From: an uncultured virus (IMG/VR IMGVR_UViG_3300006735_000024)
Lineage: Duplodnaviria; Heunggongvirae; Uroviricota; Caudoviricetes
Direction: 5' to 3' (one strand)
Length of the DNA stretch: 64,000 nucleotides
IMG/VR virus record: IMGVR_UViG_3300006735_000024
A model generated the notes under the pieces. That model did not search any database. It saw only the letters and a list, made by a program, of their open reading frames with translations, and had not been told where the DNA came from. Shown piece after piece: positions 49,653 through 59,873 of this stretch. The translations under genes and the position numbers were made by a program. Every line of letters begins with the position of its first letter. The stretch's first letter is position 1.

Positions 49653-50681
49653 TTACCATGAGAAAAGAACTTGATTATTCATATAACGAACAGTTCTTTG
49701 TAGGGGGTTAATCTTAACACATAAAGAAATCTGATCTCTATCTGCCACTGTGTATATATCTTGTGTGCTTGAACTTGGGTATGATGCTGCGGCACTTGAA
49801 AAGTTTACAGAATATCTAGATGCACCACATGAAGCAGGATTTGGGAACCCAGCGGCGTTATCTGCTAAAGTTTCATCAAATTGATCGTTGATAGGATCAG
49901 GTGTTTGTTCACATCCAACATAATTACTTGTAACTACTAACCCAACAACAGTATCAAGATCATTGTTAGTATTTATTGGAACATCAACAGAATATGTTTG
50001 TGAATATGTGGAGTCTGTATCGGTGTCTAAGTAAACCCAATGCTTCAGTCCACTCATACCAGATATATCACCTCCAGTATCAGGAAGTCTGATTTCTGTT
50101 AAATACCAACCAGAATAAAAGTTTATTCTAATAGTCTGTCCTTGTCCACCAGATAGTAGTTGTGCCTCTACCAATCTACCACCAGGTCCATGATTTATAT
50201 CTCCACTTTGTGGTGCATATGGATTTGCATATGGATAAAGTGGTGTAGTTCCCCTCCATCCAGGCGCTGTTATTTGATACGCTGAATCGTGGAATGGATT
50301 CCCAGTCCCATTATAACCACCACCCTGACCAATAGAAGTAGGATAGGAGAAATTATCCCCACCTCCACCAACACCGCCTGGTGAATCTGGATTTGCACCA
50401 TTCCACATAAAACCACCACCAGAACAGATCCAGTTGTTCATCATTGCAATTGATAGCGTGAGTTGCATCTGAAAATGTTCTTGTATTTCGTTCAGTTCCG
50501 ATGCTTGCAAAGAAAATCCAGGCCGGAACGCTATAGACTGATAGTTTTTTACCCTATCGAAATCTGTTCCACCATCAAAAGCAACTTTTTGATCTTCTAT
50601 CCTGCTGAAGTATGGACTCGGACTCAAAGGAAATGATGGACTTCCTCCGCTATAAAAAGGTTGTTTGTTTCTGTTTCCCAT
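49653..50681 (-). CDS. Baseplate-associated structural protein (DUF4815-like N-terminus)
   Basis: SPYF...KNY--IAFRPGFSLQASELNEIQ motif; downstream of the gp8-like gene. Confidence 0.62.
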   Translation of the reverse strand: MGNRNKQPFYSGGSPSFPLSPSPYFSRIEDQKVAFDGGTDFDRVKNYQSIAFRPGFSLQASELNEIQEHFQMQLTLSIAMMNNWICSGGGFMWNGANPDSPGGVGGGGDNFSYPTSIGQGGGYNGTGNPFHDSAYQITAPGWRGTTPLYPYANPYAPQSGDINHGPGGRLVEAQLLSGGQGQTIRINFYSGWYLTEIRLPDTGGDISGMSGLKHWVYLDTDTDSTYSQTYSVDVPINTNNDLDTVVGLVVTSNYVGCEQTPDPINDQFDETLADNAAGFPNPASCGASRYSVNFSSAAASYPSSSTQDIYTVADRDQISLCVKINPLQRTVRYMNNQVLFSW

Positions 50682-50714
50682 TTTAATTACTACTCCTTAG
50701 TGCTAAGACCTATT

Positions 50715-52619
50715 TTACAGATAAATCTGCACGTTTAATAAATTTGGTTGGTTTCCTGATCCTTGGGCGACATTCAACTTAGACAAGAAGGAATGGGTAT
50801 GTTCTACTTTAATAGTCCTTGTATCAATTTCATCACCACTTAGAGGAGATGTTGGCGCTTCTACAGAATTTGTTGTCCAATCATCATCATTAATTTTTAA
50901 GACTTTACCGACTTTATATAAAGATTTTCTTCCTGTGATTTCAATTTCTGATACACCACCAACGAGAGCAGAAGAAGAAACAATATTACCAGCCTGAATT
51001 GTTGCATTCGATTCTGTAGCCTTACCCTCATATACATTACTGGAAACTGATGAAGTTCCTCCTCCACCACCCTTTCCTCCTCCACTCGAAGGTGCTTCGG
51101 AAACTTCTGTATTTTCAATTTCAAGTTTGTTTGTGAGTCTTGCAACAGTAGATTCGTTCTTTGCATTTCCAGCGAATAGGTTTCCACCACCAATACCACC
51201 ACCAGATGCAATAGAAACTGAATTGATATCGATTGCACTAGTCACGGAAGATATTGAACTTTTTGGAATTTGAACATCCAAGAGAGTTCTAATACTATAA
51301 AGATCACCCATTGATAGATGAAAACCTCTTATTGGTGATATGTTAACTTTTGTATATTGCTGCAACTTACCCTTGTCTGCATTTGGAAGATAAGTTGCGA
51401 TTAAGGTATCATAATCTATTTCTACTTTAGTAGCACCAGAACCATGATCGACAACTTTTGTTCCTATCCACACAATATTTCCATTATTATCTACTTCTGT
51501 TATCATCTCTACCTTTGAGATTGAGTCTTCATCAAAATCTCCGAATAAAGGTACTAGTAATTGAGTGTTTCGATAAGAACTTGGTATCGTTCTTTCTTCG
51601 AGGGAAAATTTTCCAATCTCTGTGATGAGAGAAGTTACAGCACCACCCTGTTCATCATTTGCTTTTGCAATTTGTGCATTCTTGTATACTGATGTGTGTG
51701 GAGAGAAATCTGAGGTAGTTAGAATTGAATCATAGTGGTAAGTTCTTTCATTCCAATCAATACTACACTTACACGGACCACAATTTGATGGGAAATCTTC
51801 AGAGTCGCAATGAAGACAACTCTCTCCAGTCCCCCCTGTCACACCAGTTCCCTCCCACATATTAAATCGATACTGCATACCGAGTGACTCCGCCATTTCA
51901 GAACATCTATAGCACTCTGTGCAAGTACATCTATAGAAATCTCCTGCGGAATATGTCACTCCACGGATTCTGTCATAATTTTCCGACGAATAATAAAGAC
52001 AACAAGTTCCATATCTTCTCTCATTCCCTGCACCGCATATTGATGTTGCTCTGGTGTTTGGACTTGTATATGAATTCTTTAGAGAATCGTATGCATCTAC
52101 CACTGGTTCTAGAGTAATGTGCTTTCGATACGAATTGAATGTTTCATCCGAAGGAGTCATACCTATACAGCAAGCAACAATACCATCCTCATTGGTGAAT
52201 ATTTTACCAGAAGTATTCGCTAATATACTTTTAGCAACGATCACATCATTTGAAGAATTTGCATTTAAAACATTTTGTAGAACAACGAAGATAAAACCTT
52301 CAGGATTTACCCATGTATACCAATTTGAAGAGGATGTATTATAAGAAAACGCTCCACCATCGGATTTATACATTCCAGATTGTGTTCCCGTTCTATCGCC
52401 TGTTTGCCATAATGCTCTCGTTCCCTTTGGAACCTGAACAACTTTCTTTATATTTTTGTCTAGAATTGGAGTTGCAAAAACTGCATCCCTGATTGTGTCC
52501 GAGGATGCTTCCGGTACATTACTTAAATAATTATTTTCGGTATTACTAAATACCAAAAACTTATTAAGAAGTTCTTTCTTTAAAGCGTCAGCACCAAGAT
52601 TTGTATTTCTACTTACCAT
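50715..52619 (-). CDS. Baseplate wedge protein, gp8-like position (divergent, with Cys-rich insertion)
   Basis: Synteny gp6-gp7-gp8; VVDHGSG and ISPIRGF resemble gp8 motifs. Confidence 0.5.
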   Translation of the reverse strand: MVSRNTNLGADALKKELLNKFLVFSNTENNYLSNVPEASSDTIRDAVFATPILDKNIKKVVQVPKGTRALWQTGDRTGTQSGMYKSDGGAFSYNTSSSNWYTWVNPEGFIFVVLQNVLNANSSNDVIVAKSILANTSGKIFTNEDGIVACCIGMTPSDETFNSYRKHITLEPVVDAYDSLKNSYTSPNTRATSICGAGNERRYGTCCLYYSSENYDRIRGVTYSAGDFYRCTCTECYRCSEMAESLGMQYRFNMWEGTGVTGGTGESCLHCDSEDFPSNCGPCKCSIDWNERTYHYDSILTTSDFSPHTSVYKNAQIAKANDEQGGAVTSLITEIGKFSLEERTIPSSYRNTQLLVPLFGDFDEDSISKVEMITEVDNNGNIVWIGTKVVDHGSGATKVEIDYDTLIATYLPNADKGKLQQYTKVNISPIRGFHLSMGDLYSIRTLLDVQIPKSSISSVTSAIDINSVSIASGGGIGGGNLFAGNAKNESTVARLTNKLEIENTEVSEAPSSGGGKGGGGGTSSVSSNVYEGKATESNATIQAGNIVSSSALVGGVSEIEITGRKSLYKVGKVLKINDDDWTTNSVEAPTSPLSGDEIDTRTIKVEHTHSFLSKLNVAQGSGNQPNLLNVQIYL

Positions 52620-52622
52620 TTA

Positions 52623-53903
52623 TTAACTCCAACATGCTCCACCGTTTGTATCACCATAAGCGGTACATCCGGTTATGCCAAGATTAGGACTATTCTCTAT
52701 CGGGCAAAGATAAAGGAAGTCACCAATATATATCTCTCTAAACGGCGCACGGTGAACAAGTTCTCCTGTTATTCCATCTGCCCAATCTGGGTAATGGAAA
52801 GTTGGCATATGAAAATCTGCCGAGATAGAACCAGGTCCAGCAAGAGCCCAACCGTCACCGTATGTGAATCCATTACCCGCTGATAATTCACTCGGTATTA
52901 TGTTACTTGCCATCCCAGTCAATCCTGCATAGGTATATCCACTACCTTGACAACCTATACATCTTTCTATGCTCTCAGGACCATCTGCCATTCTATATGG
53001 AAAATAATTTCCAAGAACAGGCCGTTCGCATATGTTAACACCACCTTCGTAATCATCGGGTGGAATATAGTCTATTTCTGTTTTTTCAAAAAATCCTTTT
53101 AGACCAGCAGGGTGTAGGAGAGATTTCATTAGATCATCATATATCGGTAAACCTGTATCTTGATCAATAAACTCGTTCTCTCCATCTTCGTTCTCAATTC
53201 CTGCTTTCATGAGATATGAATAATTCTGATACCAATAACTATCCTGAATAACAAATGGTCCGTTTAAATAACTTCCACCTAAATTTTGTGTTTGGTAAGT
53301 ATCTGTGCTATATTCATATGTTCCGCCTTGATTACCATCTTGAAGTGGAGCAATCGCCCAGTCGGAAAATCTACCCCCATTTAATCTAAGAATATATTTT
53401 TTGGGATAGAAGAAGTCAATAGGATTCTCAACACCGTATAATGTTTGGAAGAAATATTGATATGCTTCTTCTGTAGATTTCTTCTGATAGAAGTTGGTGC
53501 GAATTCCTTTAATAAAATCTTTAACAAAGGAAGTTCTATCTTGTCCATCATTTGTTGGTTCGAGAACATTTTCTGGAAATCCACTTGCATATGTGTATGT
53601 GAAATGCTTAAGAAATTCAACTGGTGTTTCGTCTAAGTCTATAAGTCTTCGCAATCCAGTAGTATTAAATGTGGTTGTGCTTAATTCATAGTCTGCCTTA
53701 TTATACAACCAATCATAATATGCTTGCACAAACTTGACCATGTTTCCATTTGCATTTCTGTCGAGAATCCACTTCGGAAACAAATGCCTAACATCAATGA
53801 CTTCATCTACAACAGAATCACCTTCTTCTATTTTTGTACCCAAAAGAAGAAGTTGGTATGCAGTATTTGCAACAGTCGTGTTGTTGAACAGAAATCCGTA
53901 CAT
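52623..53903 (-). CDS. Baseplate wedge initiator, gp7-like (short)
   Basis: FVQAYYDWL, FYQKKSTEEAYQYFF--LYG, IQDSYWYQNYSY, LLHPAGLKGF. Confidence 0.72.
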   Translation of the reverse strand: MYGFLFNNTTVANTAYQLLLLGTKIEEGDSVVDEVIDVRHLFPKWILDRNANGNMVKFVQAYYDWLYNKADYELSTTTFNTTGLRRLIDLDETPVEFLKHFTYTYASGFPENVLEPTNDGQDRTSFVKDFIKGIRTNFYQKKSTEEAYQYFFQTLYGVENPIDFFYPKKYILRLNGGRFSDWAIAPLQDGNQGGTYEYSTDTYQTQNLGGSYLNGPFVIQDSYWYQNYSYLMKAGIENEDGENEFIDQDTGLPIYDDLMKSLLHPAGLKGFFEKTEIDYIPPDDYEGGVNICERPVLGNYFPYRMADGPESIERCIGCQGSGYTYAGLTGMASNIIPSELSAGNGFTYGDGWALAGPGSISADFHMPTFHYPDWADGITGELVHRAPFREIYIGDFLYLCPIENSPNLGITGCTAYGDTNGGACWS

Positions 53904-53911
53904 CTAACTTA

Positions 53912-55720
53912 TTATCCTGTTATTCTAAATGTAAATTCGGTGCCAAGTTTACTATACTGATTTGTAGATGCATTATATTGTTGAGAACCTTCATCGTCTT
54001 TTGGTTCAGCAGAAATATTAAAAGTTCCGTTCGCAAATATTTTTGGTTTAATTCTAATTTCACATTGAGAAGAATTTGGAGTCCAATATCCTATATTTGG
54101 ATCCACCACAGAAACCAAACCATTTTCACTATAGTATGCTTCAAGTATTTGTTTTCCGTTAGCAAGAACACTACCAGAGGTTCTTATTGAAATCAATCCG
54201 TCTGGTGCATCTGTTTCGGAAGCCAAGTCTGGGTGGGCAAGAGTTGGTTCTGTTGTTCTTAGGGTGTTGGGTTTCATCGGATTTCCGTAGTATTTAATTT
54301 TAACAGAATCACCAGAAACTGTCATAGGAGTTTGAACTTCCAGTCGTAAATTTACTACATCTGCTCTTGAACCTTCAGAAACAGAATTTATTTGATTTAC
54401 AATTTGAGATAGAGAATATGATCGTTCAAATCTGGGTGTTCCATACAGACTATCTATTTGATTGAATACTCTATTTCTATAATCGTCTCTTGTTATTGTT
54501 CTTGGATCAAAGTAGACATCTCCAACAACTTTTAGATTAAACTCTTCCAGTGCAATAAATTCAGGTATGATACTTACACATGTTTTTCTCTCCAATAATT
54601 GTCTTGCAACAGTTGCTCGAACAGGTTCATCTTCTGGTAAAGTGTTTAGTGTTACAAATACTCTACCATATCTGGGAGGATTTGCATCCTCTCCGCCCCA
54701 TACATTAAATTGAGAATATGGATCTTGATCTCCACTCACAAAACCCTCTTTCGCCAACAATGCTCTACAATCTTCGACGGTTACTGCTCTGTCCTGAGAA
54801 GCAAACCATTTTGGTGCAAAGAACCGTATTGCTTCCAAATCTGGTTTGTTTGTTCCACCACTCGATAGTGAAATAGTATCGACTGCGGCACCAGAACCAT
54901 CTCCTATTCTGAAGTTTCCGATGTCATTTCCTATTTCCCCATTACTTTTTAGGTATGTGACTCGAACTCTATCATTTACAGAAAGTTCTTGTCCAACTAC
55001 ATTAGAAAGATTACCACCAAAAACTACAAAGAATCCTAATTCACTTCTTTCCAACCAGTAAACTTGACTCTTGCTATCTAAATTGTCTTCGATGTTTCCT
55101 GCTCTACTCCACGGAACCCACCCAACAACCCCCAGGTCTAAATTATTTTCATCAATATACGAAGAGTCATACACCTCCACTGTCAATGTGTTTATGTCAA
55201 TATCAAGACCAGACAAAAATCCTTTTTGTGTTACTTGATCCACCAGAAGGGGAAGTTCTTTCGTAAGTGATTTTGCTTCAGTGATGGTTACTACTGATTC
55301 ACCATCATCATCTGTTGTGTAGGCATCAGTAGTATAAAAAGTGTAAGAAGTTCCTGCTGAATTATTACCTACAAATCTAGTGTAAGCAGGTATAACGGGA
55401 TTACCAGAACCATAACCACGAACTTTTACTCTTGCACTCGATGAGGTTCTACCAGGCACAACATACCCTAATGGTTTCACAAGAGAGATTATAGATTCTT
55501 CTCTTTGTGCTGTATCTAAAAACATCTCACTCGCAACCATATTTGAATAATAACCATAGTAGAGAGTGTTATATGCAAGAATATCTAAAAGAACCTGAGC
55601 CGCCGAACCAGAGTAATCAAAGTCCTTTATTGTGTCTTGAGTTTTGAGATGATTTATGATACTTTGTTTGATATCATCAAACTCTAAACTTCCTAATTGT
55701 ACGTCTAGTTTATTTGCCAT
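53912..55720 (-). CDS. gp6: Baseplate wedge protein
   Basis: LEFDDIK, DFDYSGS, LLDILAYNT, EMFLDTA, LGYVVP, QDRAVTVED, WGGED-PP-YGRVF. Confidence 0.92.
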   Translation of the reverse strand: MANKLDVQLGSLEFDDIKQSIINHLKTQDTIKDFDYSGSAAQVLLDILAYNTLYYGYYSNMVASEMFLDTAQREESIISLVKPLGYVVPGRTSSSARVKVRGYGSGNPVIPAYTRFVGNNSAGTSYTFYTTDAYTTDDDGESVVTITEAKSLTKELPLLVDQVTQKGFLSGLDIDINTLTVEVYDSSYIDENNLDLGVVGWVPWSRAGNIEDNLDSKSQVYWLERSELGFFVVFGGNLSNVVGQELSVNDRVRVTYLKSNGEIGNDIGNFRIGDGSGAAVDTISLSSGGTNKPDLEAIRFFAPKWFASQDRAVTVEDCRALLAKEGFVSGDQDPYSQFNVWGGEDANPPRYGRVFVTLNTLPEDEPVRATVARQLLERKTCVSIIPEFIALEEFNLKVVGDVYFDPRTITRDDYRNRVFNQIDSLYGTPRFERSYSLSQIVNQINSVSEGSRADVVNLRLEVQTPMTVSGDSVKIKYYGNPMKPNTLRTTEPTLAHPDLASETDAPDGLISIRTSGSVLANGKQILEAYYSENGLVSVVDPNIGYWTPNSSQCEIRIKPKIFANGTFNISAEPKDDEGSQQYNASTNQYSKLGTEFTFRITG

Positions 55721-55721
55721 T

Positions 55722-56126
55722 TTATCTTACCTTTGTTATTTGTATCTGAAGGGAATCTAAGATTGGTTCTGCGTTTAATCCTTGTCGGACAATATAATTC
55801 ACGGATATATTCAACAAATTCGCATCAGTATCAGGAAAATTAAATTCTACACTTTCAACCTCTGCTCTAGGTTCTCTTAGTGTTACCTGATCTTTTATAT
55901 CCAACTCCATTCTTTGTAGTTCTATATCGGTTGGGCTATCAAATAACAAATCATGAACACCAACTCCAAAGTTTCTGTTGAAAGGTTTTTCACCCTTTCT
56001 TGTCAATATTAAATTCATGATAGATTGACGAATAGAATTACGATCTCTCATAATAGACACATCATTCGTGAAACTATTTTTAGTAAAGTCTATATCAAAA
56101 TCTGTGAATTTATAGTTTGATGACAT
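55722..56126 (-). CDS. gp25: Baseplate wedge subunit
   Basis: SIRQSI-NLILT-KGEKPF---FG, REPR. Confidence 0.9.
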   Translation of the reverse strand: MSSNYKFTDFDIDFTKNSFTNDVSIMRDRNSIRQSIMNLILTRKGEKPFNRNFGVGVHDLLFDSPTDIELQRMELDIKDQVTLREPRAEVESVEFNFPDTDANLLNISVNYIVRQGLNAEPILDSLQIQITKVR

Positions 56127-56153
56127 CCAGCAAAATCCTTATTTTGGTTACTA

Positions 56154-56161
56154 TATGTATA
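56154..56161 (-). promoter_or_regulatory. Late promoter variant TATACATA (gp25-gp6 operon)
   Basis: Intergenic, upstream of gp25. Confidence 0.65.
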
Positions 56162-56167
56162 AGGCGA

Positions 56168-56893
56168 TTAGTCAAATAATCCGCCTAACCAGTCCGCAAC
56201 CGAATCAAACCATCCTAAAATTTGACTTTCGTTTGGTTCGACTGGACTACTATCTCTTGATAATCCTATTAGCATCCTATGACTTTCATTTTGAATTACA
56301 TGAGATATAGTCGTCACCATCCACCTACCTGAAAATCTTCTTGTATTTGGATCATCATTCCCAGGCATTTTATTAATAATTTTAATAAGTTCTCCAGGTC
56401 TTAAACTTAAATCACCGTTCAGTGCTATTTGTGCAGTTTGTGCAGTTATAAGAAACATCTGTGCATCTCTCCACAGAGGAGTAGTCTCGGGAGTGTTCCA
56501 GTATGTTGCATATGTTCTTGTATAGTCAAGATATTCACCAAAGTTATCACCTCTACACGGACAACCACAACTACTTGGATGATCTTGATCTGCCCAGATA
56601 CATCCCAACCAATCTTCTCCCAAAGAACTTTCGATATAATCACACTCTTTGATTGATTCGAGTGCTTCTTGTAATTCTTCGTCAGTTGGTTCTGGTTCGG
56701 TTGGTTTTAATTCCTGACATGGACAATTGCACAACGGATCATCTTCGTCACACTCAGAATTATCTACCGGACCATCTGGATTTGCACATGGATATTTGTC
56801 ATTAATTGCACCAATGGAATGACCTACCCTGATAGTAGGCCAAACATTGTTAACAAAGGAAGAGAGTTTTAAGATATGATCTGCTTTTGCCAT
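56168..56893 (-). CDS. C-terminal portion of a baseplate hub (gp27/GpD-like) protein with a Cys-rich N-terminus
   Basis: IALNGDLSLRPGELIKI...FSGRWMVTTISHVI...LSRDS; own GGAG SD. Confidence 0.62.
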   Translation of the reverse strand: MAKADHILKLSSFVNNVWPTIRVGHSIGAINDKYPCANPDGPVDNSECDEDDPLCNCPCQELKPTEPEPTDEELQEALESIKECDYIESSLGEDWLGCIWADQDHPSSCGCPCRGDNFGEYLDYTRTYATYWNTPETTPLWRDAQMFLITAQTAQIALNGDLSLRPGELIKIINKMPGNDDPNTRRFSGRWMVTTISHVIQNESHRMLIGLSRDSSPVEPNESQILGWFDSVADWLGGLFD

Positions 56894-56913
56894 TTATTTC
56901 TCCAACTTATATA

Positions 56914-59865
56914 TCAAGGATCTGTGAAACAACTAAAATTATTTCCAGTCCAGTAACAATCACATATGTCACAACCGCCGATTGCTAGACAGTTATTACA
57001 ATCACACTCTTCTGGTGTACCACCCGACTCTAAACAATCATTTTGTACCCCCGTACAACAATAGTCTGGTGGTTCGCATGTGTTGCATACAAAATTAAAA
57101 CAACAATACCCCTCTGGACATTCACTATCGTCACCTTCAGAACACCCACAATTTTCGCATGTCTGAATTGGGCCGGGGAAATCTTCGCTATATGATGTGG
57201 TACAGCATTGATTGTCGGAAGTATTACATTCACATGGTGCTGTAGGATTTGAAGACTGACCGCAACATGAGCCTGGTGGAACTCCGCAACATCCATAACT
57301 ATCATCAGGAAACGGTACATTGTCTTCTTCGCAATCACCGTTATCTGCCGTACCCCAGTAGCAAGTACGACAACCTGCCTGACCATAATCTCCCATTTCA
57401 TCACAAATTGTACCATTCTCCTCGAAATCAGATCCGTCATCATCGTTCCGTTCGCAGGTTGCAGGTGTTCCGTCAGGACAAGTTCCTGATGGTGGTTCTG
57501 TTGTTGGTGGTTCCTCATCGACACAATAACCATCCTCGCAACGCCGGCGACAGTCCTCGCCCGCGTCGATGCAGCAATCCGCGTCACCGAAACATTCTGG
57601 AGGACATTCTTCACAATATCCATCATTACAACACAGGCCTGGTGGACAAGTTTCTGCGTCGGGATTACCGCCGATCAGACCACATTCGCCACCGGAACAA
57701 TAAATACATTCTCCGAATCTACAGCATTCTTTATATGGACAATCTGAATCTGTTTCACATTCTGGAGGATCTGGATCAAAGGTTGTACACCAATCACCAC
57801 TTCCCTCTCGACGCCATTCTATTGTATTTTCCCACGGACAGTCCCATTGAGGATCGCTTCCACCTGCGAAACCAGAACCATCTGCCCAACACTTATCGCT
57901 TGATTCAGTTGCAAAACAAAAACATTCATGTTGGTAATTTTCAGATGTTGCTTCTTCATAACCAATCCATTGTCCTGCATCATTGAACACAGTTTGACAA
58001 CATTTACCTATAGGAAATTCTTGACAACTATATCTTAGTTGATCACATGTTGCATTGCAACGACCTTCACAAAATCTTTGATCTCCAAACCCAGCATTTA
58101 AATCGGGATCGAAGTTCGACGGCGGTGGATCCTCGAAAAATTTGAGGTTATGGTCAAAAATAAAGTCTGTAGATCCTCTCCACAATCCTTCTTCTTTAAA
58201 ACAATCCCAGTAATTTGTATCAACACAAGAACCATCCGGTAAACAACAAGCGGCAGTTCCTGCATCTAGTAAACACTGGTTCTCATTGTATGGTTTCGAG
58301 AATTCATCCCAAAAACAAGTTCCCTCATCACAAGGATAATCTTCTGCTCCCTCACTGATAAATTCTTCACATAAGAATTTCCAAAAATCATTATTGCAGT
58401 CTTTGAGTTTTAATTCTTCTGCTGTCAGGTTTTCGGTATTTGAAGGATGTTGTGCTGCCAGTTCATACCACCCGATAGGAATTTGTGTGGCCTTTGCTCC
58501 AAAAATTGTAGAGTCGTAAATTACAATAACAGCACCCAAACCGTTTTTCTTATATACCGCAGTACATGCCGGAGTATCACAACTTCCTATTAATCTCTTT
58601 CCTCCGTTTTGAGGAACGAGTCCACCAGCGTCGGATGTGTTGACTGAAAACGGATATTCTTCCTCTCCATCGCCTTTTTTAAACGGAGATAAAGTTTTCT
58701 GACAACACATCTGTGGAAATGCACCAGTTTCATCATATTCAATCCTATTAATTGTTGGTTCAAATTGTCCTTCCTCTAAACATCTATCCACACCAACATA
58801 AGAATCGGAATAGCATAGATGATAAAACTCTCTATCCTGCTCCCCATCATCACCACAGAAGAATGCAAATTCTCTCAACTGTTCTTCTATTTCAACATAA
58901 TTGTATCTCTCTCTTGTTCCATATTGGTTTTCACTTTCATCTTCAGGATCTCTTACTAGTTCCCACCAATCATCATACATGCAGGAGAAATTATTTCTTC
59001 TCCCCATTTCACCACCATTATTGGTATGCACATTAGAATTAGCCCATTCTCTAAAATCAAATTTATATCTGCATCCAGTATTGAGAGATTCCTGAAGAAT
59101 CACCAACTTACCACCACTCTGTACCCAATCCCTAACCCATAACCAACCTTCATCATTCTCTCCCCTCACGGGAGGGATTGTAGAAATATCAGCACCACAT
59201 CGAGGTAAATTATCGAAAACAGAGTTACCAATGTGATTTCCCCAATAATTACCAAGTCCCCCAACGAATGCTAATTTATGACATCCGATGTTTTCTGGAT
59301 TGCAGTGCATGGTACAATCTCCTCTTGGTTGAAGAGGACCGTTCCAATTTTCTTTCCAGTCATTCATTACCTGCGGAGACCATGGAAGATGTCCCCACGG
59401 AGGAGTGAACTGATAATATGTAACTCTCGGGACGGGACTAGATCCGGGCGCGATAAAATTACCACTTCCCGGATATCTTTCCCAGCAACGATTAAACTCA
59501 CATCCTGTTTCAGAATAATAATATGCACCTTGAGGATTACAGGATGGAGGACAAATATCTAGGTTCGTCTCTCTTGGGTCGGAAAAACCTTCACCATCAG
59601 GTAAGAACGCTCTAGAATCTAAACATATATCTCCGACATATAAATTAGAAGGATGTGCTTGATCATAAAAATCAATATCTGGCCCGTTCTCCATAGGTGC
59701 ATAAACAGTATTTTGAAATCCATACCTCTGTGCATGATCTTCTTCGCGTTCGGACCTACCAATGGCACAAATTGGACATGAACCGGAAGTATTCTCGTAC
59801 CGATATTCTATACCTGTACAAGGTCTGTCTCCACAACCACAACAACATGTTCTATGTGTACTCAT
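56914..59865 (-). CDS. Large Cys-rich virion protein
   Basis: MSTHRTCCCGCG start, AACCLPDGSC, and C-x3-D/E-CP----CC--G-C repeats. Confidence 0.7.
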   Translation of the reverse strand: MSTHRTCCCGCGDRPCTGIEYRYENTSGSCPICAIGRSEREEDHAQRYGFQNTVYAPMENGPDIDFYDQAHPSNLYVGDICLDSRAFLPDGEGFSDPRETNLDICPPSCNPQGAYYYSETGCEFNRCWERYPGSGNFIAPGSSPVPRVTYYQFTPPWGHLPWSPQVMNDWKENWNGPLQPRGDCTMHCNPENIGCHKLAFVGGLGNYWGNHIGNSVFDNLPRCGADISTIPPVRGENDEGWLWVRDWVQSGGKLVILQESLNTGCRYKFDFREWANSNVHTNNGGEMGRRNNFSCMYDDWWELVRDPEDESENQYGTRERYNYVEIEEQLREFAFFCGDDGEQDREFYHLCYSDSYVGVDRCLEEGQFEPTINRIEYDETGAFPQMCCQKTLSPFKKGDGEEEYPFSVNTSDAGGLVPQNGGKRLIGSCDTPACTAVYKKNGLGAVIVIYDSTIFGAKATQIPIGWYELAAQHPSNTENLTAEELKLKDCNNDFWKFLCEEFISEGAEDYPCDEGTCFWDEFSKPYNENQCLLDAGTAACCLPDGSCVDTNYWDCFKEEGLWRGSTDFIFDHNLKFFEDPPPSNFDPDLNAGFGDQRFCEGRCNATCDQLRYSCQEFPIGKCCQTVFNDAGQWIGYEEATSENYQHECFCFATESSDKCWADGSGFAGGSDPQWDCPWENTIEWRREGSGDWCTTFDPDPPECETDSDCPYKECCRFGECIYCSGGECGLIGGNPDAETCPPGLCCNDGYCEECPPECFGDADCCIDAGEDCRRRCEDGYCVDEEPPTTEPPSGTCPDGTPATCERNDDDGSDFEENGTICDEMGDYGQAGCRTCYWGTADNGDCEEDNVPFPDDSYGCCGVPPGSCCGQSSNPTAPCECNTSDNQCCTTSYSEDFPGPIQTCENCGCSEGDDSECPEGYCCFNFVCNTCEPPDYCCTGVQNDCLESGGTPEECDCNNCLAIGGCDICDCYWTGNNFSCFTDP

Positions 59866-59873
59866 AATTTAAA

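Noticed and set aside
27137..59865. Eukaryotic contamination or chimeric assembly to explain the Cys-rich and collagen proteins
   Set aside because: The ORFs are intronless, tightly packed, co-oriented with phage genes, and several carry the same late-promoter motifs and SD sequences
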